Part shown: piece after piece, positions 51,661 to 64,000 of the stretch
How positions within the stretch are numbered: the first letter of the stretch is position 1
Layout: every line of letters begins with the position of its first letter
NCBI RefSeq assembly: GCF_030684315.1
Contig: NC_081384.1
Coordinates: forward strand, 31,396,935-31,460,934
Direction: 5' to 3'
Source of the DNA: Stegostoma tigrinum
Lineage: Eukaryota
DNA length: 64,000 nt
Notes under the pieces: model-generated
The model's input: only the letters and a program-made list of their open reading frames with translations
Database searches by the model: none
Told to the model about the DNA's origin: nothing
Program-made: the position numbers and the translations under genes

Positions 51661-54600
51661 GTTGTACCGAGACAGAAGGTAGCACCGAGGTGGAAGATGA
51701 GAAAGCGGTCAGTGTGCAGTCGGAGCGGATTGTGACCCGGGAGCGGCCGCCTGTGCTGCCGAGTGCTGTGAGTGTGAGCCTGGGCTCTGCTGGTTGCTCT
51801 CACCGGCACTGCCATGCTGGCGGCTTTAAAGGGGCACATTACATTCCAAAAGTGAAAACTGCTCCCAGGATTTTTGGAGGACCTGGAGCAGGAGCGTGTG
51901 CTCTTTCTATCTGAGGTAAGGAATCGAAAAACTGGAGATTCCCGAAGCTGCGGCTGGAAAATCCCGGGTCGAAAATCGCAACCAGCGCTCGATTTGCAGC
52001 TAAATGTTGAGTGTGTTCAGATGATCGGGCACTGAGCTGGTGCAGGAGGAGGATCTGTACTTGGCTGGTGGGATTGGGGACTGGGTCGGGATATGTACTT
52101 GGGGCTGGATGTCCTAATCCGGATTACAGAGACCCCGTATGCGGAAATCCCCGGTGTCACGGCGCTAGTCGCGTTCCCATTTTCCAGGTTGGAGATGACA
52201 GGGAGCCCGGGTCACAGGCCTGGCTCACCGGCTGCTGGCGACTGTCTCCGCTCACATTCACCTGGCCCAGAATCCGCTCCCTCACTGGAGCAAGGTTCCC
52301 ACTTCCAGCTCGGATTCCGGAAATATTTTCAGGATCTCTATCGAATCACCAGGATCTGATCCGACTCTGAAAGTGATCCCTCTCCCTTTCCTTTCATCGC
52401 TTCTTTCTGCTCTCTCTCTTCCGGGAAAGTGTCCGTGTCGGTTTCTCTCTGCAAATGTACCTCGTGTCTGTTTTCTCAAAAGCGAAAGTGCCGCAGGGAA
52501 AGTGACGCGTTTTGTCATTTCCGAAAGGGAGTGGAGTTTGTCAACACAGCGGGTCAGACTGAGAGGGGGCAGGACAAGGAACATGTGGGAAAGTATTTGT
52601 GATATTCCGGAACATGTTGGTTCAGGGGCAAATGTCTCCAAATCACTTTTACTTGGAACTACCACCCACTCTGACAGAGCAGGTGAACTATTTAAATGCT
52701 TGAAATGTTCATTTTTATAATTAAGTCTTGCTGTTTGTAGCTGGAACAGAAACTGCTTTTACCCGAAATAGAATTTGGCCGTTGATTTTAAACTGTTGCC
52801 AACGAGAATTCGCAGAAGACTGTTCCTCTTTAAATTACAATGATACTTAGCGCTCAACATTTGCCAATCACAAAATTTCTTTGCAACCGCTTTCCTACAC
52901 GCATGGAACTGTCCTCATAGCCAAACACTCCAGGGTCGTCGTTGACACATTCGCCAAGGCCTGCAAACTTCAGCAAAGCTAATGTCTGCATCCTGAGAAG
53001 GACCAGTGTGACATGCGAGACAAAGTCTGCTTCAAAAGGCTACATTTATATAACGCCGTTCATGACCAAAACACTCATCAAATCACCCTGCAAAAATAGA
53101 CTCTTTTTAAAATGTATTCACTTTAAATGCAACAAATATGTTCTGCGTATTGTGTTGCACAACCTCAGAGCATGTGGAATTCAGTAAAACGCAGATAACC
53201 TGGTTTTGTGATATTGATTGTGGTTCAGTTAGAGGAATGCCAGACGGATCATTGGTGGGGCATAAAGTACTCAGTATTTCTGTTAGTAACTTGTTTGAAG
53301 GGGCGCACGACAAGCAAGAAATGCTAGCGCAGTCAGCGACAACGCCTTCCCAGGACTGAATGACAAAAATCAGAAAACCATCCAGAATGTGGAACGTCAA
53401 TGGAAAGAGGAAGCTGATGAAAGGTGGGGATGTTTTGTTGTCAATACGCAGGATATTCGTGCAAACAAATTCCGAGTACTAGTTATATAATGTTTGGGCT
53501 CACTACTTAAACAAGATACACAATTATCAGACAAACTTCAGAGTAAATCCACTCGGTTAATTCTTGGAATATTAATGTTGGCTAATAAGAACAGATTTCG
53601 CGTCTGGGCCCACGTAAATTGCAGTTGTGCAGAATGAAATGGTGAAGTTATTGAAACAACTAAGGATCTGGGGAGACTTAAGTGAATAAATTTTATGAAG
53701 GTATTTCGGCCTTTGTGAATGCGACAATAAGCTCATTGGTTGAATATGAGCAATCTCCACTTCAGATAGAGGTAAGGACAATTTCCTGGTCGAGGAGTCG
53801 ATTGTCACTCCGTACGTCCACCCCTGACACCCACCGTGATATTCTTTAAAATATTCAGGTCTATAGTGAGATTTTTGATCGACAATCAAACCATAACTTT
53901 TTGTAGGGACTACAAACCTGAAAAGAACAGGAGGTGCTGATAATCTGAAACATAAAACAGGAATTGTTGCAGAAAATCAGTCGTCTGACAGCAACTGTAG
54001 CAAGAAAGGAGAACTAACGTTATTATTCCAGTGACCTTCAGGAGCGAACGGGAAAAGAAATCACTCTGCTTTCTCTCTGTAGGGTTTCTGCAGAAATGTT
54101 TGCTTCTGTCAGAGGTCTTTAGGGTATGAGCTGAAAATATGAGCGAAGGCCACAATCTGATCAGCTGCAACACAACATTCGAAACACTTGACGTGTTAAG
54201 TGTTCACCGTTTTACATGGTTATGCGATCAAATATTTCTTTAAAAAATGTATTTTTCGCAGCTGGAAGCTGTTATGATTCGTAGTCGCACTCCTCACTCT
54301 GATTATTGTTTTAAAAATTAAAGGTATCATTCTTCAACCAGTTTCTGCTTTTCCTATTTGTACACGGTGGCTGGTATCCTTACAACCATTATTCAAAATT
54401 CACATCAACTCTCCCATTCCATTTATCTCTCCGTGCAAACGGCTTTCCCCTTCACTGCTCGGCAACCAGTCTCATCTAGACATCGCGCAGTTTTTCCGCC
54501 GTCTCCGCTTCCCCACCGATAACTCTCCTCTCCACATATCTTCTCCTCTTTCCATCTTCTCTCCTCCTCCCCTCTCTCCCTATTTACTTCAGATTCCTCT

Positions 54601-55464
54601 CCCATCCCCCTTTTCTGATGAAGGGTCTAGGCCCGAAACGTCAGCTTTTGTGCTCCTACGATGCTGCTTGTCCTACTGTGTTCATCCAGTTCCACACTTT
54701 GTTATCACAAACTTTGTCCATTTTTGCTGCTGAACCGGAATACAAAATTCAAAGAAACAATCGTATCACAGAAAAAAATCAGAGCAGTGGAATTGAAAAA
54801 GGGTTGATACGTCTCAGGTGTAAGTGCAAATCTTGAACGAACATTGGAGATGACGAGCACGAAGAGTAACAGACTGAAGACAGAAGTATCAGTAGCATTT
54901 ATACTCAGTGTCAAAAGGTTAAATGAGAGAAGTCAAAAATAGACATCAAACTGGTAAATGTGTAATGTTAAACCAAATTTATTTATATCAATGAGTTCGT
55001 TTTCAGTATAAAAATTTCCAGCTTAAAAAAAATTTACTTCCCAACGTACAAATAAATAACAATAAATTAACATCTTTAAGTTAATTGACATATTACATAA
55101 ATTTCAATAAATTAAGACGTCTCGTCAATAAATATGAATAAATTAGAGTAACTGAAATGGGTTTCAAGATTGGCAAATAGGAGTTCACAAGTGACAAGGT
55201 CAATGTGGTTCAGAAATCACTGAACTGGAAGTCTGATGTTCCAAAACAGACTTCACACTCAGTGAAACTTCAACATTGCATCGGGGGAAAACATCGCAAC
55301 AATACATGTCAGTGAATTAAAATAAATAGTTCTGGCAACACTCCCGTTGTTGCTCTTGATGCAAGTGAGAAAAAAAATTCTTGCAAACATATATAAACAG
55401 TTTCAATGAAAAAGTCTTTGAAATAAATATTCATTGTTCTGGTCCGCAGTGAATATGTTTTTTT

Positions 55465-57765
55465 TCAGTTTCTTCTGTTGACTTGTGCCATTATGAAATG
55501 CAGCTGTTGTAAACGGGCTCTGGTCTCATCACGAATTATTTCCCAGGAACATTCACTGAATTTCTGAAAAGTAAGATATTCAAGTAAGTGCATTTGAAAA
55601 TGAACAAATTAAATGTTGCCATGATTCACACAGTTAGTTATCAATTCTCATACCTCGTGTTTGAGAAACTTTTCCAGGTTCCTGAAGTAATGTTGAATGG
55701 CAGCATTTCTCTTCAGTTTGTGGTCAGTTCCTGATTTCCTCACGCAGTCTTGCAACTCTCTGAGCTGTTGATCGAGGAGAAGACGAAAATGTTCAACCTT
55801 GTCCCAGGCCCAAGTGACTGAACCCAGGTTCATGCTGTAGATCTTGTTGATGTGGTGCAGGGTTTGATGGATAATCGCAGTCCTTTCCTGAGTCTGAACA
55901 AAACACACAAGGTTAGAAGAGACGACATTATTTCCGTTCGTGGTAATAAAACGTGAGGCTGGATGAACACAGCAGGCCGAGCAGCATCTCAGGAGCACAA
56001 AAGCCGACATTCCGGGCCTAGACCCTTCATCAGAGAGGGGTTGGGGTGTGGGTTCTGGAATAAATTTGAGATGCAGCTGGGCCTGCTGTGTTCATCCAGC
56101 CTCACATTTTATTATCTTGGATTCTGCAGCATCCGCAGTTCCCATTATCACTGATACAATTATTTCCGTTCGTTTTGGGTTAATATTCAATTCAATAAAC
56201 AAACAGCAAATAACAGTTAATTGTTCAAATCCAATATTATCACATCAATGGAAAATGAGCAATGCGAGTCTTTAAATCAATGATTAAGATGCAGGTATAA
56301 AGGGTTTATTCAGCAGAGGAAAAGGGCATGACAAGTTAGAGTTTTCTGCAGCCTCGAATTGTGCTGATAAAAGTGGAATGGAAAAGGTTCCAAACGATGA
56401 ATATCCAGTTCCTCAGACAACAAGAAACAGGCTCAATCAAGTCGGAGAACTAAACAGCTAAATAGGGGTAATTGGAATGTGTGCCGATTAATTAGTGTGT
56501 AACACAAGAAGGAAGCTAAACATGTTTTTGAGAAGTATTAATAAAAGAAAAGCTGGCTGGTAAGGGAGCAAAATATATGATCCCGTCTCTGTTAGCAAGG
56601 GTATCACTGAAGACTGAAACATTAATTTGAATTTACTTGCTTTAGAGAACAACAGTGTGAAACGTGAGAGTGAAGTGGCAAGTTGATGATAAACTCAGCA
56701 GGAAGTAACTCGACAAGGAGAAAGTCATCAAGAGTTAACAGCGAATAGAATGTGAATGCTACTTGCCCTTTTATGAATATATTCTGAGTTTGCTTTTGCA
56801 AAGTAGAAATTCGTGTAAAATCATGCTCAAAGGAGCGAGAAAATAATAAACATATCCTGTGTGGTGAAGAATGTTGATGGTTCGGAACTTGGATATAACG
56901 TGGAAAGTGCAGCGATAGCGAGAAAGATCCTGTGAAGCCTGAGAACAGGGGCCCTTTCGCTTCCAGCCCGAACTTTCGAGAGCAGGATGGGGATTTGTTC
57001 AGTGAGAGGGTTGAGTTTTAAGCAGGCAAAGTGATTCTCAGTGACAGCCCTGTTCAACGTCAGTTGGGGCAGCCGAATGGTAAACGACGAATTCACAAAA
57101 CAGTGGAGAGTGCTGCAGTGATTTTTGTCAATTCACTTCAGCTGAAATGGGACTAAAAAATGGACAGATGTTGACAACGCTAAAACCAAACGAAGGTACC
57201 TTGAGAGCAGTACTGACAAAGCATGAACTTGTTCACAGTGTGCCAGTCTCATGCTTTTACTGAGACGGGTTGCGGCGATTTACACAACGGATGGAAATCA
57301 TTGCGGTTCAACCTCCAACGATCTGATCGTGTCGCTAATCTCACACATACATTCTCTAAAGTCTCAGTCTGAATAAAATGACTCACCTCAAATCCGTCGG
57401 AAAGTTTCACCAGATCCAAGGGCTTAGTTTTCAGTGACAGCCTCTGCCTTATGCAATGTCGGGGGAAATGACCTCCCTGAGAAGAGGAAACAGTCCCGGT
57501 TACATTCAGTCCCACAAACTGAAATGCTGGAGAAACACCGAACGGTAATTGCACAAAATGAATATCTATTTCTCCCTCAACCGACATTGAACAGCGAGCA
57601 GACCAACTGGGACTCCGATCAGTTGACACTCACCATTTCGTACAGTTTGCTCAAGGTCTCTGTGTTGAGAACTTGCTGTAACTGCAGCCTCTCACAGCCC
57701 AGACTCAGGCTCCCGGACACCAAACCCAGCACCATCCAAAATCTCCAAACCGTCGCCAGACACAT
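55465..57765 (-). CDS. Type I interferon copy 7, intact, chimeric exon 1: 57634-57765, 57387-57476, 55654-55893, 55465-55563
   Basis: Near-identical to copy 5 at offset 15949; SGSDH becomes SGTDH in exon 3. Confidence 0.92.
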
Positions 57766-60183
57766 GTTGTACCGAGACAGAAGGTAGCACCGAGGTGGAA
57801 GATGAGAAAGCGGTCAGTGTGCAGTCGGAGCGGATTGTGACCCGGGAGCGGCCGCCTGTGCTGCCGAGTGCTGTGAGTGTGAGCCTGGGCTCTGCTGGTT
57901 GCTCTCACCGGCACTGCCATGCTGGCGGCTTTAAAGGGGCACATTACATTCCAAAAGTGAAAACTGCTCCCAGGATTTTTGGAGGACCTGGAGCAGGAGC
58001 GTGTGCTCTTTCTATCTGAGGTAAGGAATCGAAAAACTGGAGATTCCCGAAGCTGCGGCTGGAAAATCCCGGGTCGAAAATCGCAACCAGCGCTCGATTT
58101 GCAGCTAAATGTTGAGTGTGTTCAGATGATCGGGCACTGAGCTGGTGCAGGAGGAGGATCTGTACTTGGCTGGTGGGATTGGGGACTGGGTCGGGATATG
58201 TACTTGGGGCTGGATGTCCTAATCCGGATTACAGAGACCCCGTATGCGGAAATCCCCGGTGTCACGGCGCTAGTCGCGTTCCCATTTTCCAGGTTGGAGA
58301 TGACAGGGAGCCCGGGTCACAGGCCTGGCTCACCGGCTGCTGGCGACTGTCTCCGCTCACATTCACCTGGCCCAGAATCCGCTCCCTCACTGGAGCAAGG
58401 TTCCCACTTCCAGCTCGGATTCCGGAAATATTTTCAGGATCTCTATCGAATCACCAGGATCTGATCCGACTCTGAAAGTGATCCCTCTCCCTTTCCTTTC
58501 ATCGCTTCTTTCTGCTCTCTCTCTTCCGGGAAAGTGTCCGTGTCGGTTTCTCTCTGCAAATGTACCTCGTGTCTGTTTTCTCAAAAGCGAAAGTGCCGCA
58601 GGGAAAGTGACGCGTTTTGTCATTTCCGAAAGGGAGTGGAGTTTGTCAACACAGCGGGTCAGACTGAGAGGGGGCAGGACAAGGAACATGTGGGAAAGTA
58701 TTTGTGATATTCCGGAACATGTTGGTTCAGGGGCAAATGTCTCCAAATCACTTTTACTTGGAACTACCACCCACTCTGACAGAGCAGGTGAACTATTTAA
58801 ATGCTTGAAATGTTCACTTTTATAATTAAGTCTTGCTGTTTGTAGCTGGAACAGAAACTGTTTTTACCCGAAATAGAATTTGGCCGTTGATTTTAAACTG
58901 TTGCCAACGAGAATTCGCACAAGATTGGTCCTCTTTAAATTACAATGATACTTAGCGCTCAACATTTGCCAATCACAAAATTTCTTTGCAACCGCTTTCC
59001 TACACGCATGGAACTGTCCTCATAGCCAAACACTCCAGGGTCGTCGTTGGCACATTCGCCAAGTCCTGCAAGCTTCAACAAAGCGAATGTCTGCATCCTG
59101 AGCAGGACCAGTGTGACATGCGAGACAAAGTCTGCTTCAAAAGGCTACATTTATATAACGCCGTTCATGACCAAAACACTCATCAAATCACCCTGCAAAA
59201 ATAGACTCTTTTTAAAATGTATTCACTTTAAATGCAACAAATATGTTCTGCGTATTGTGTTGCACAACCTCAGAGCATGTGGAATTCAGTAAAACGCAGA
59301 TAACCTGGTTTTGTGATATTGATTGTGGTTCAGTTAGAGGAATGCCAGACGGATCATTGGTGGGGCATAAAGTACTCAATATTTCTGTTAGTAACTTGTT
59401 TGAAGGGGCGCACGACAAGCAAGAAATGCTAGCGCAGTCAGCGACAACGCCTTCCCAGGACTGAATGACAAAAATCAGAAAACCATCCAGAATGTGGAAC
59501 GTCAATGGAAAGAGGAAGCTGATGAAAGGTGGGGATGTTTTGTTGTCAATACGCAGGATATTCGTGCAAACAAATTCCGAGTACTAGTTATATAATGTTT
59601 GGGCTCACTACTTAAACAAGATACACAATTATCAGACAAACTTCAGAGTAAATCCACTCGGTTAATTCTTGGAATATTAATGTTGGCTAATAAGAACAGA
59701 TTTCGCGTCTGGGCCCACGTAAATTGCAGTTGTGCAGAATGAAATGGTGAAGTTATTGAAACAACTAAGGATCTGGGGAGACTTAAGTGAATAAATGTTA
59801 TGAAGGTATTTCGGCCTTTGTGAATGCGACTAAATGCTCATTGGTTGAATATGAGCAAACTCCACTTCAGATAGAGGTAAGGACAATTTCCTGGTCGAGG
59901 AGTCGATTGTCACTCCGTACGTCCACCCCTGACACCCACCGTGATATTCTTTAAAATATTCAGGTCTATAGTGAGATTTTTGATCGACAATCAAACCATA
60001 ACTTTTTGTAGGGACTACAAACCTGAAAAGAACAGGAGGTGCTGATAATCTGAAACATAAAACAGGAATTGTTGCAGAAAATCAGTCGTCTGACAGCAAC
60101 TGTAGCAAGAAAGGAGAACTAACGTTATTATTCCAGTGACCTTCAGGAGCGAACGGGAAAAGAAATGACTCTGCTTTCTCTCT

Positions 60184-61784
60184 GAGATAATGGGGACTGC
60201 AGATGCTGGAGATTCCAAGATAATAAAATGTGAGGCTGGATGAACACAGCAGGCCAAGCAGCATCTCAGGAGCACAAAAGCTGACGTTTCGGGCCTGGAC
60301 CCTTCATCAGAGAGGGGGATGGGGAGAGGGAACTGGAATAAATAAGGAGAGAGGGGGAGGCGGACCGAAGATGGAGAGTAAAGAAGATAGGTGGAGAGAG
60401 TATAGGTGGGGAGGTAGGGAGGGGATAGGTCAGTCCAGGGAAGACGGACAGGTCAAGGAGGTGGGATGAGGTTAGTAGGTAGATGGGGGTGCGGCTTGGG
60501 GTGGGAGGAAGGGATGGGTAAGAGGAAGAACCGGTTAGGGAGGCAGAGACAGGTTGGACTGGTTTTGGGATGCAGTGGGTGGGGGGGAAGAGCTGGGCTG
60601 GTTGTGTAGTGCAGTGGGGGGAGGGGACAAACTGGGCTGGTTTAGGGATGAGATAATGGGGACTGCAGATGCTGGAGATTCCAAGATAATAAAATGTGAG
60701 GCTGGATGAACACAGCAGGCCAAGCAGCATCTCAGGAGCACAAAAGCTGACGTTTCGGGCCTAGACCCTTCATCAGAGAGGGGGATCGGGGGAGGGAACT
60801 GGAATAAATAGGGAGAGAGGGGGAGGTGGACCGAAGATGGAGAGTAAAGAAGATAGGTGGAGAGAGTGTAGGTGGGGAGGTAGGGAGGGGATAGGTCAGT
60901 CCAGGGAAGACGGACAGGTCAAGGAGGTGGGATGAGGTTAGAAGGTAGCGGGGGGTGCGGCTTGGGGTGGGAGGAAGGGATGGGTGAGAGGAAGAACCGG
61001 TTAGGGAGGCAGAGACAGGTTGGCCTGGTTTTGGGATGCAGTGGGTGGGGGGGAAGAGCTGGGCTGGTTGTGTGGTGCAGTGGGGGGAGGGGACGAACTG
61101 GGCTAGTTGAGGGATGCAGTAGGGGAAGGGGAGATTTTGAAACTGGTGAAGTCCACATTGATACCATATGGCTGCAGGGTTCCCAGGCGGAATATGAGTT
61201 GCTGTTCCTGCAACTCCACATTGATACCATATGGCTGCAGGATTCCCAGGCGGAATATGAGTTGCTGTTCCTGCATATTCCGCCTGGGAACCCTGCAGCC
61301 ATATGGTATCAATGTGGACTTCACCAGTTTCAAAATCTCCCCTTTCCCTACTGCATCCCTCAACCAGCCCAGTTCGTCCCCTCCCCCCACTGCACCACAC
61401 AACCAGCCCAGATCTTCCCCCCCACCCACTGCATCCCAAAACCAGTCCAACCTGTCTCTGCCTCCCTAACCGGTTCTTCCTCTCACCCATCCCTTCCTCC
61501 CACCCCAAGCCGCACCCCCCGCTACCTACTAACCTCATCCCACCTCCTTGACCTGCCCGTCTTCCCTGGACTGACCTATCCCCTCCCTACCTCCCCACCT
61601 ACACTCTCTCCACCTATCTTCTTTACTCTCCATCTTCGGTCCGCCTCCCCCTCTCTCCCTATTTATTCCAGTTCCCTCCCCCCATCCCCCTCTCTGATGA
61701 AGGGTCTAGGCCCGAAACGTCAGCTTTTGTGCTCCTGAGATGCTGCTTAGCCTGCTGTGTTCATCCAGCCTCACATTTTATTAT
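60184..61784. mobile_element. Duplicate of the composite inverted Penelope-like insertion
   Basis: Same sequence and flanks as 44234-45834, at offset 15950. Confidence 0.88.
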
Positions 61785-63182
61785 CTCTGCTTTCTCTCTA
61801 TAGGGTTTCTGCAGAAATGTTTGTTTCTGTCAAAGGTCTTTAGGGTATGAGCTGAAAATATGAGCGAAGGCCACAATCTGATCAGCTGCAACACAACATT
61901 CGAAACACTTGACGTGTTAAGTGTTCACCGTTTTACATGGTTATGCGATCAAATATTTCTTTAAAAAATGTATCTATCGCAGCTGGAAGCTGTTATGATT
62001 CGTAGTCGCACTCCTCACTCTGATTATTGTTTTAAAAATTAAAGGTATCATTCTTCAACCAGTTTCTGCTTTTCCTATTTGTACACGGTGGCTGGTATTC
62101 TTACAACCATTATTCAAAATTCACATCAACTCTCCCATTCCATTTATCTCTCCGTGCAAACGGCTTTCCCCTTCACTGCTCGGCAACCAGTCTCATCTGG
62201 ACATCGCGCAGTTTTTCCGCCGTCTCCGCTTCCCCACCGATAACTCTCCTCTCCACCTATCTTCTCCTCTTTCCATCTTCTCTCCGCCTCCCCTCTCTCC
62301 CTATTAACTTCAGATTCCTCTCCCATCCCCCTTTTCTGATGAAGGGTCTAGGCCCGAAACGTCAGCTTTTGTGCTCCTAAGATGCTGCTTGTCCTACTGT
62401 GTTCATCCAGCTCCACACTTTGTTATCACAAACTTTGTCCATTTTTGCTGCTGAACCGGAATACAAAATTCAAAGAAACAATCGTATCACAGAAAAAATC
62501 AGAGCAGTGGAATTGAAAAAGGGTTGATACGTCTCAGGTGTAAGTGCAAATCTTGAACGAACATTGGAGATGACGAGCACGAAGAGTAACAGACTGAAGA
62601 CAGAAATATCAGTAGCAATTATACTCAGTGTCAAAAGGTTAAATGAGAGAAGTCAAAAATGGACATCAAACTAGTAAATGTGTAATGTTAAACCGAATTT
62701 ATTTATATCAATGAGTTCGTTTTCAGTATAAAAATTTCCAGCTTAAAAAAAATTTACTTCCCAACGTACAAATAAATAACAATAAATTAGCATCTTTAAG
62801 TTAATTGACATATTACATAAATTTCAATAAATTAAGACGTCTCGTCAATAAATATGAATAAATTAGAGTAACTGAGATGGGTTTCAAGATTGGCAAGTCG
62901 GAGTTCACAAGTGACAAGGTCAATGTGGTTCAGAAATCACTGAACTGGAAGTCTGATGTTCCAAAACAGACTTCACACTCAGTGAAACTTCAACATTGCA
63001 TCGGGAGAAAACATCGCAACAATACATGTCAGTGAATCAAAATAAATAGTTCTGGCAACACTCCCGTTGTTGCTCTTGATGCAAGTGAGAAAAAAAATTC
63101 TTACAAACATATATAAACAGTTTCAATGGAAAGTCTTTGAAATAAATATTCATTGTTCTGGTCTGCAGTGAGAATGTTTTTT

Positions 63183-63611
63183 TCAGTTTCTTCTGTTGAC
63201 TTGTGCCATTATGAAATGCAACTGTTGTAAACGGGCTCTGGTCTCAGCACGGATTATTTCCCAGGAACATTCACTGAATTTCTGAAAAGTAAGATATTCA
63301 AGTAAGTGCATTTGAAAATGAAAAAATTAAATGTTGCCATGATTTACACAGTTAGTTATCAATTCTCATACCTTGTGTTTGAGAAACTTTTCCAGGTTCC
63401 TGAAGTAATGCTGAATGGCAGCATTTCTCTTCAGTTTGTGGTCAGATCCTGATTTCCTCAGGCAGTCTTGCAACTCTCTGAGCTGTTGATCGAGGAGAAG
63501 ACGAAAATGTTCAACCTTGTCCCAGGCCCAAGTGACTGAACCCAGGTTCATGCTGTAGATCTTGTTGATGTGGTGCAGGGTTTGATGGATAATCGCAGTC
63601 CTTTCCTGAGT
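63183..63611 (-). CDS. Type I interferon copy 8, partial: exon 3 63372-63611, exon 4 63183-63281 (5' exons beyond the window)
   Basis: Both exons open; near-identical to copy 6 at offset 15950. Confidence 0.88.
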
Positions 63612-64000
63612 CTGAACAAAACACACAAGGTTAGAAGAGACGACATTATTTCCGTTCGTGGTAATAAAACGTGCGGCTGGATGAACACAGCAGGCCGAGC
63701 AGCATCTCAGGAGCACAAAAGCCGACGTTTCGGGCCTAGACCCTTCATCAGAGAGGGGTTGGGGTGTGGGTTCTGGAATAAATTTGAGATGCAGCAGGGC
63801 CTGCTGTGTTCATCCAGCCTCACATTTTATTATCTTGGATTCTGCAGCATCCGCAGTTCCCATTATCACTAATACAATTATTTCCGTTCGTTTTGGGTTA
63901 ATATTCAATTCAATAAACAAACAGCAAATAACAGTTAATTGTTCAAATCCAATATTATCACATCAATGGAAAATGAGCAATGCGAGTCTTTAAATCAATG

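Larger units (their letters stand above)
21500..64000. repeat. Tandem segmental array of ~7.7-8.2-kb IFN units with a ~15.95-kb higher-order repeat
   Basis: Stop codons at 23439, 31433, 39516, 47233, 55465 and 63183 (spacings 7994, 8083, 7717, 8232, 7718). ORFs recur at offsets of ~15948-15950. Confidence 0.95.

Noticed and set aside
1-64000. CRISPR arrays, rRNA/tRNA genes or prokaryotic systems
   Set aside because: None seen; the repeats are segmental duplications and retroelement termini in eukaryotic DNA.

Overview
Vertebrate genomic DNA, probably from a shark (inferred from the intron-containing type I interferons plus Penelope/CR1/L2 retroelements). The window is a tandem, minus-strand array of type I interferon genes. 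Each has four coding exons with phase-0 introns (132/90/240/99 bp), giving a 186-aa precursor with a signal peptide, 4 mature Cys and a CSWE motif. Copy 1 (3338-~4450) is an old pseudogene whose exon 1 probably lies in the N gap, and copy 2 (14196-17454) is frameshifted. Six young copies follow at ~8-kb spacing: copies 3-8, with copy 8 cut by the window end, and a ~15.95-kb higher-order duplication. The main oddity is that several units carry TWO signal-peptide first exons (proximal 1A, distal 1B, ~1.8-2.1 kb apart), each with its own IRF/NF-kB-type promoter and a phase-0 GT donor. In copy 4, 1A is frameshifted while 1B and exons 2-4 are intact. In copies 5 and 7, 1A and 1B have recombined into one chimeric exon. 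An orphan 1B cassette sits at 8388-9443. Penelope-like elements with hammerhead-ribozyme motifs, often as inverted repeats, sit in IFN UTRs and introns. Most ORFs in the supplied track are spurious or repeat-derived. All exon boundaries were read by eye.
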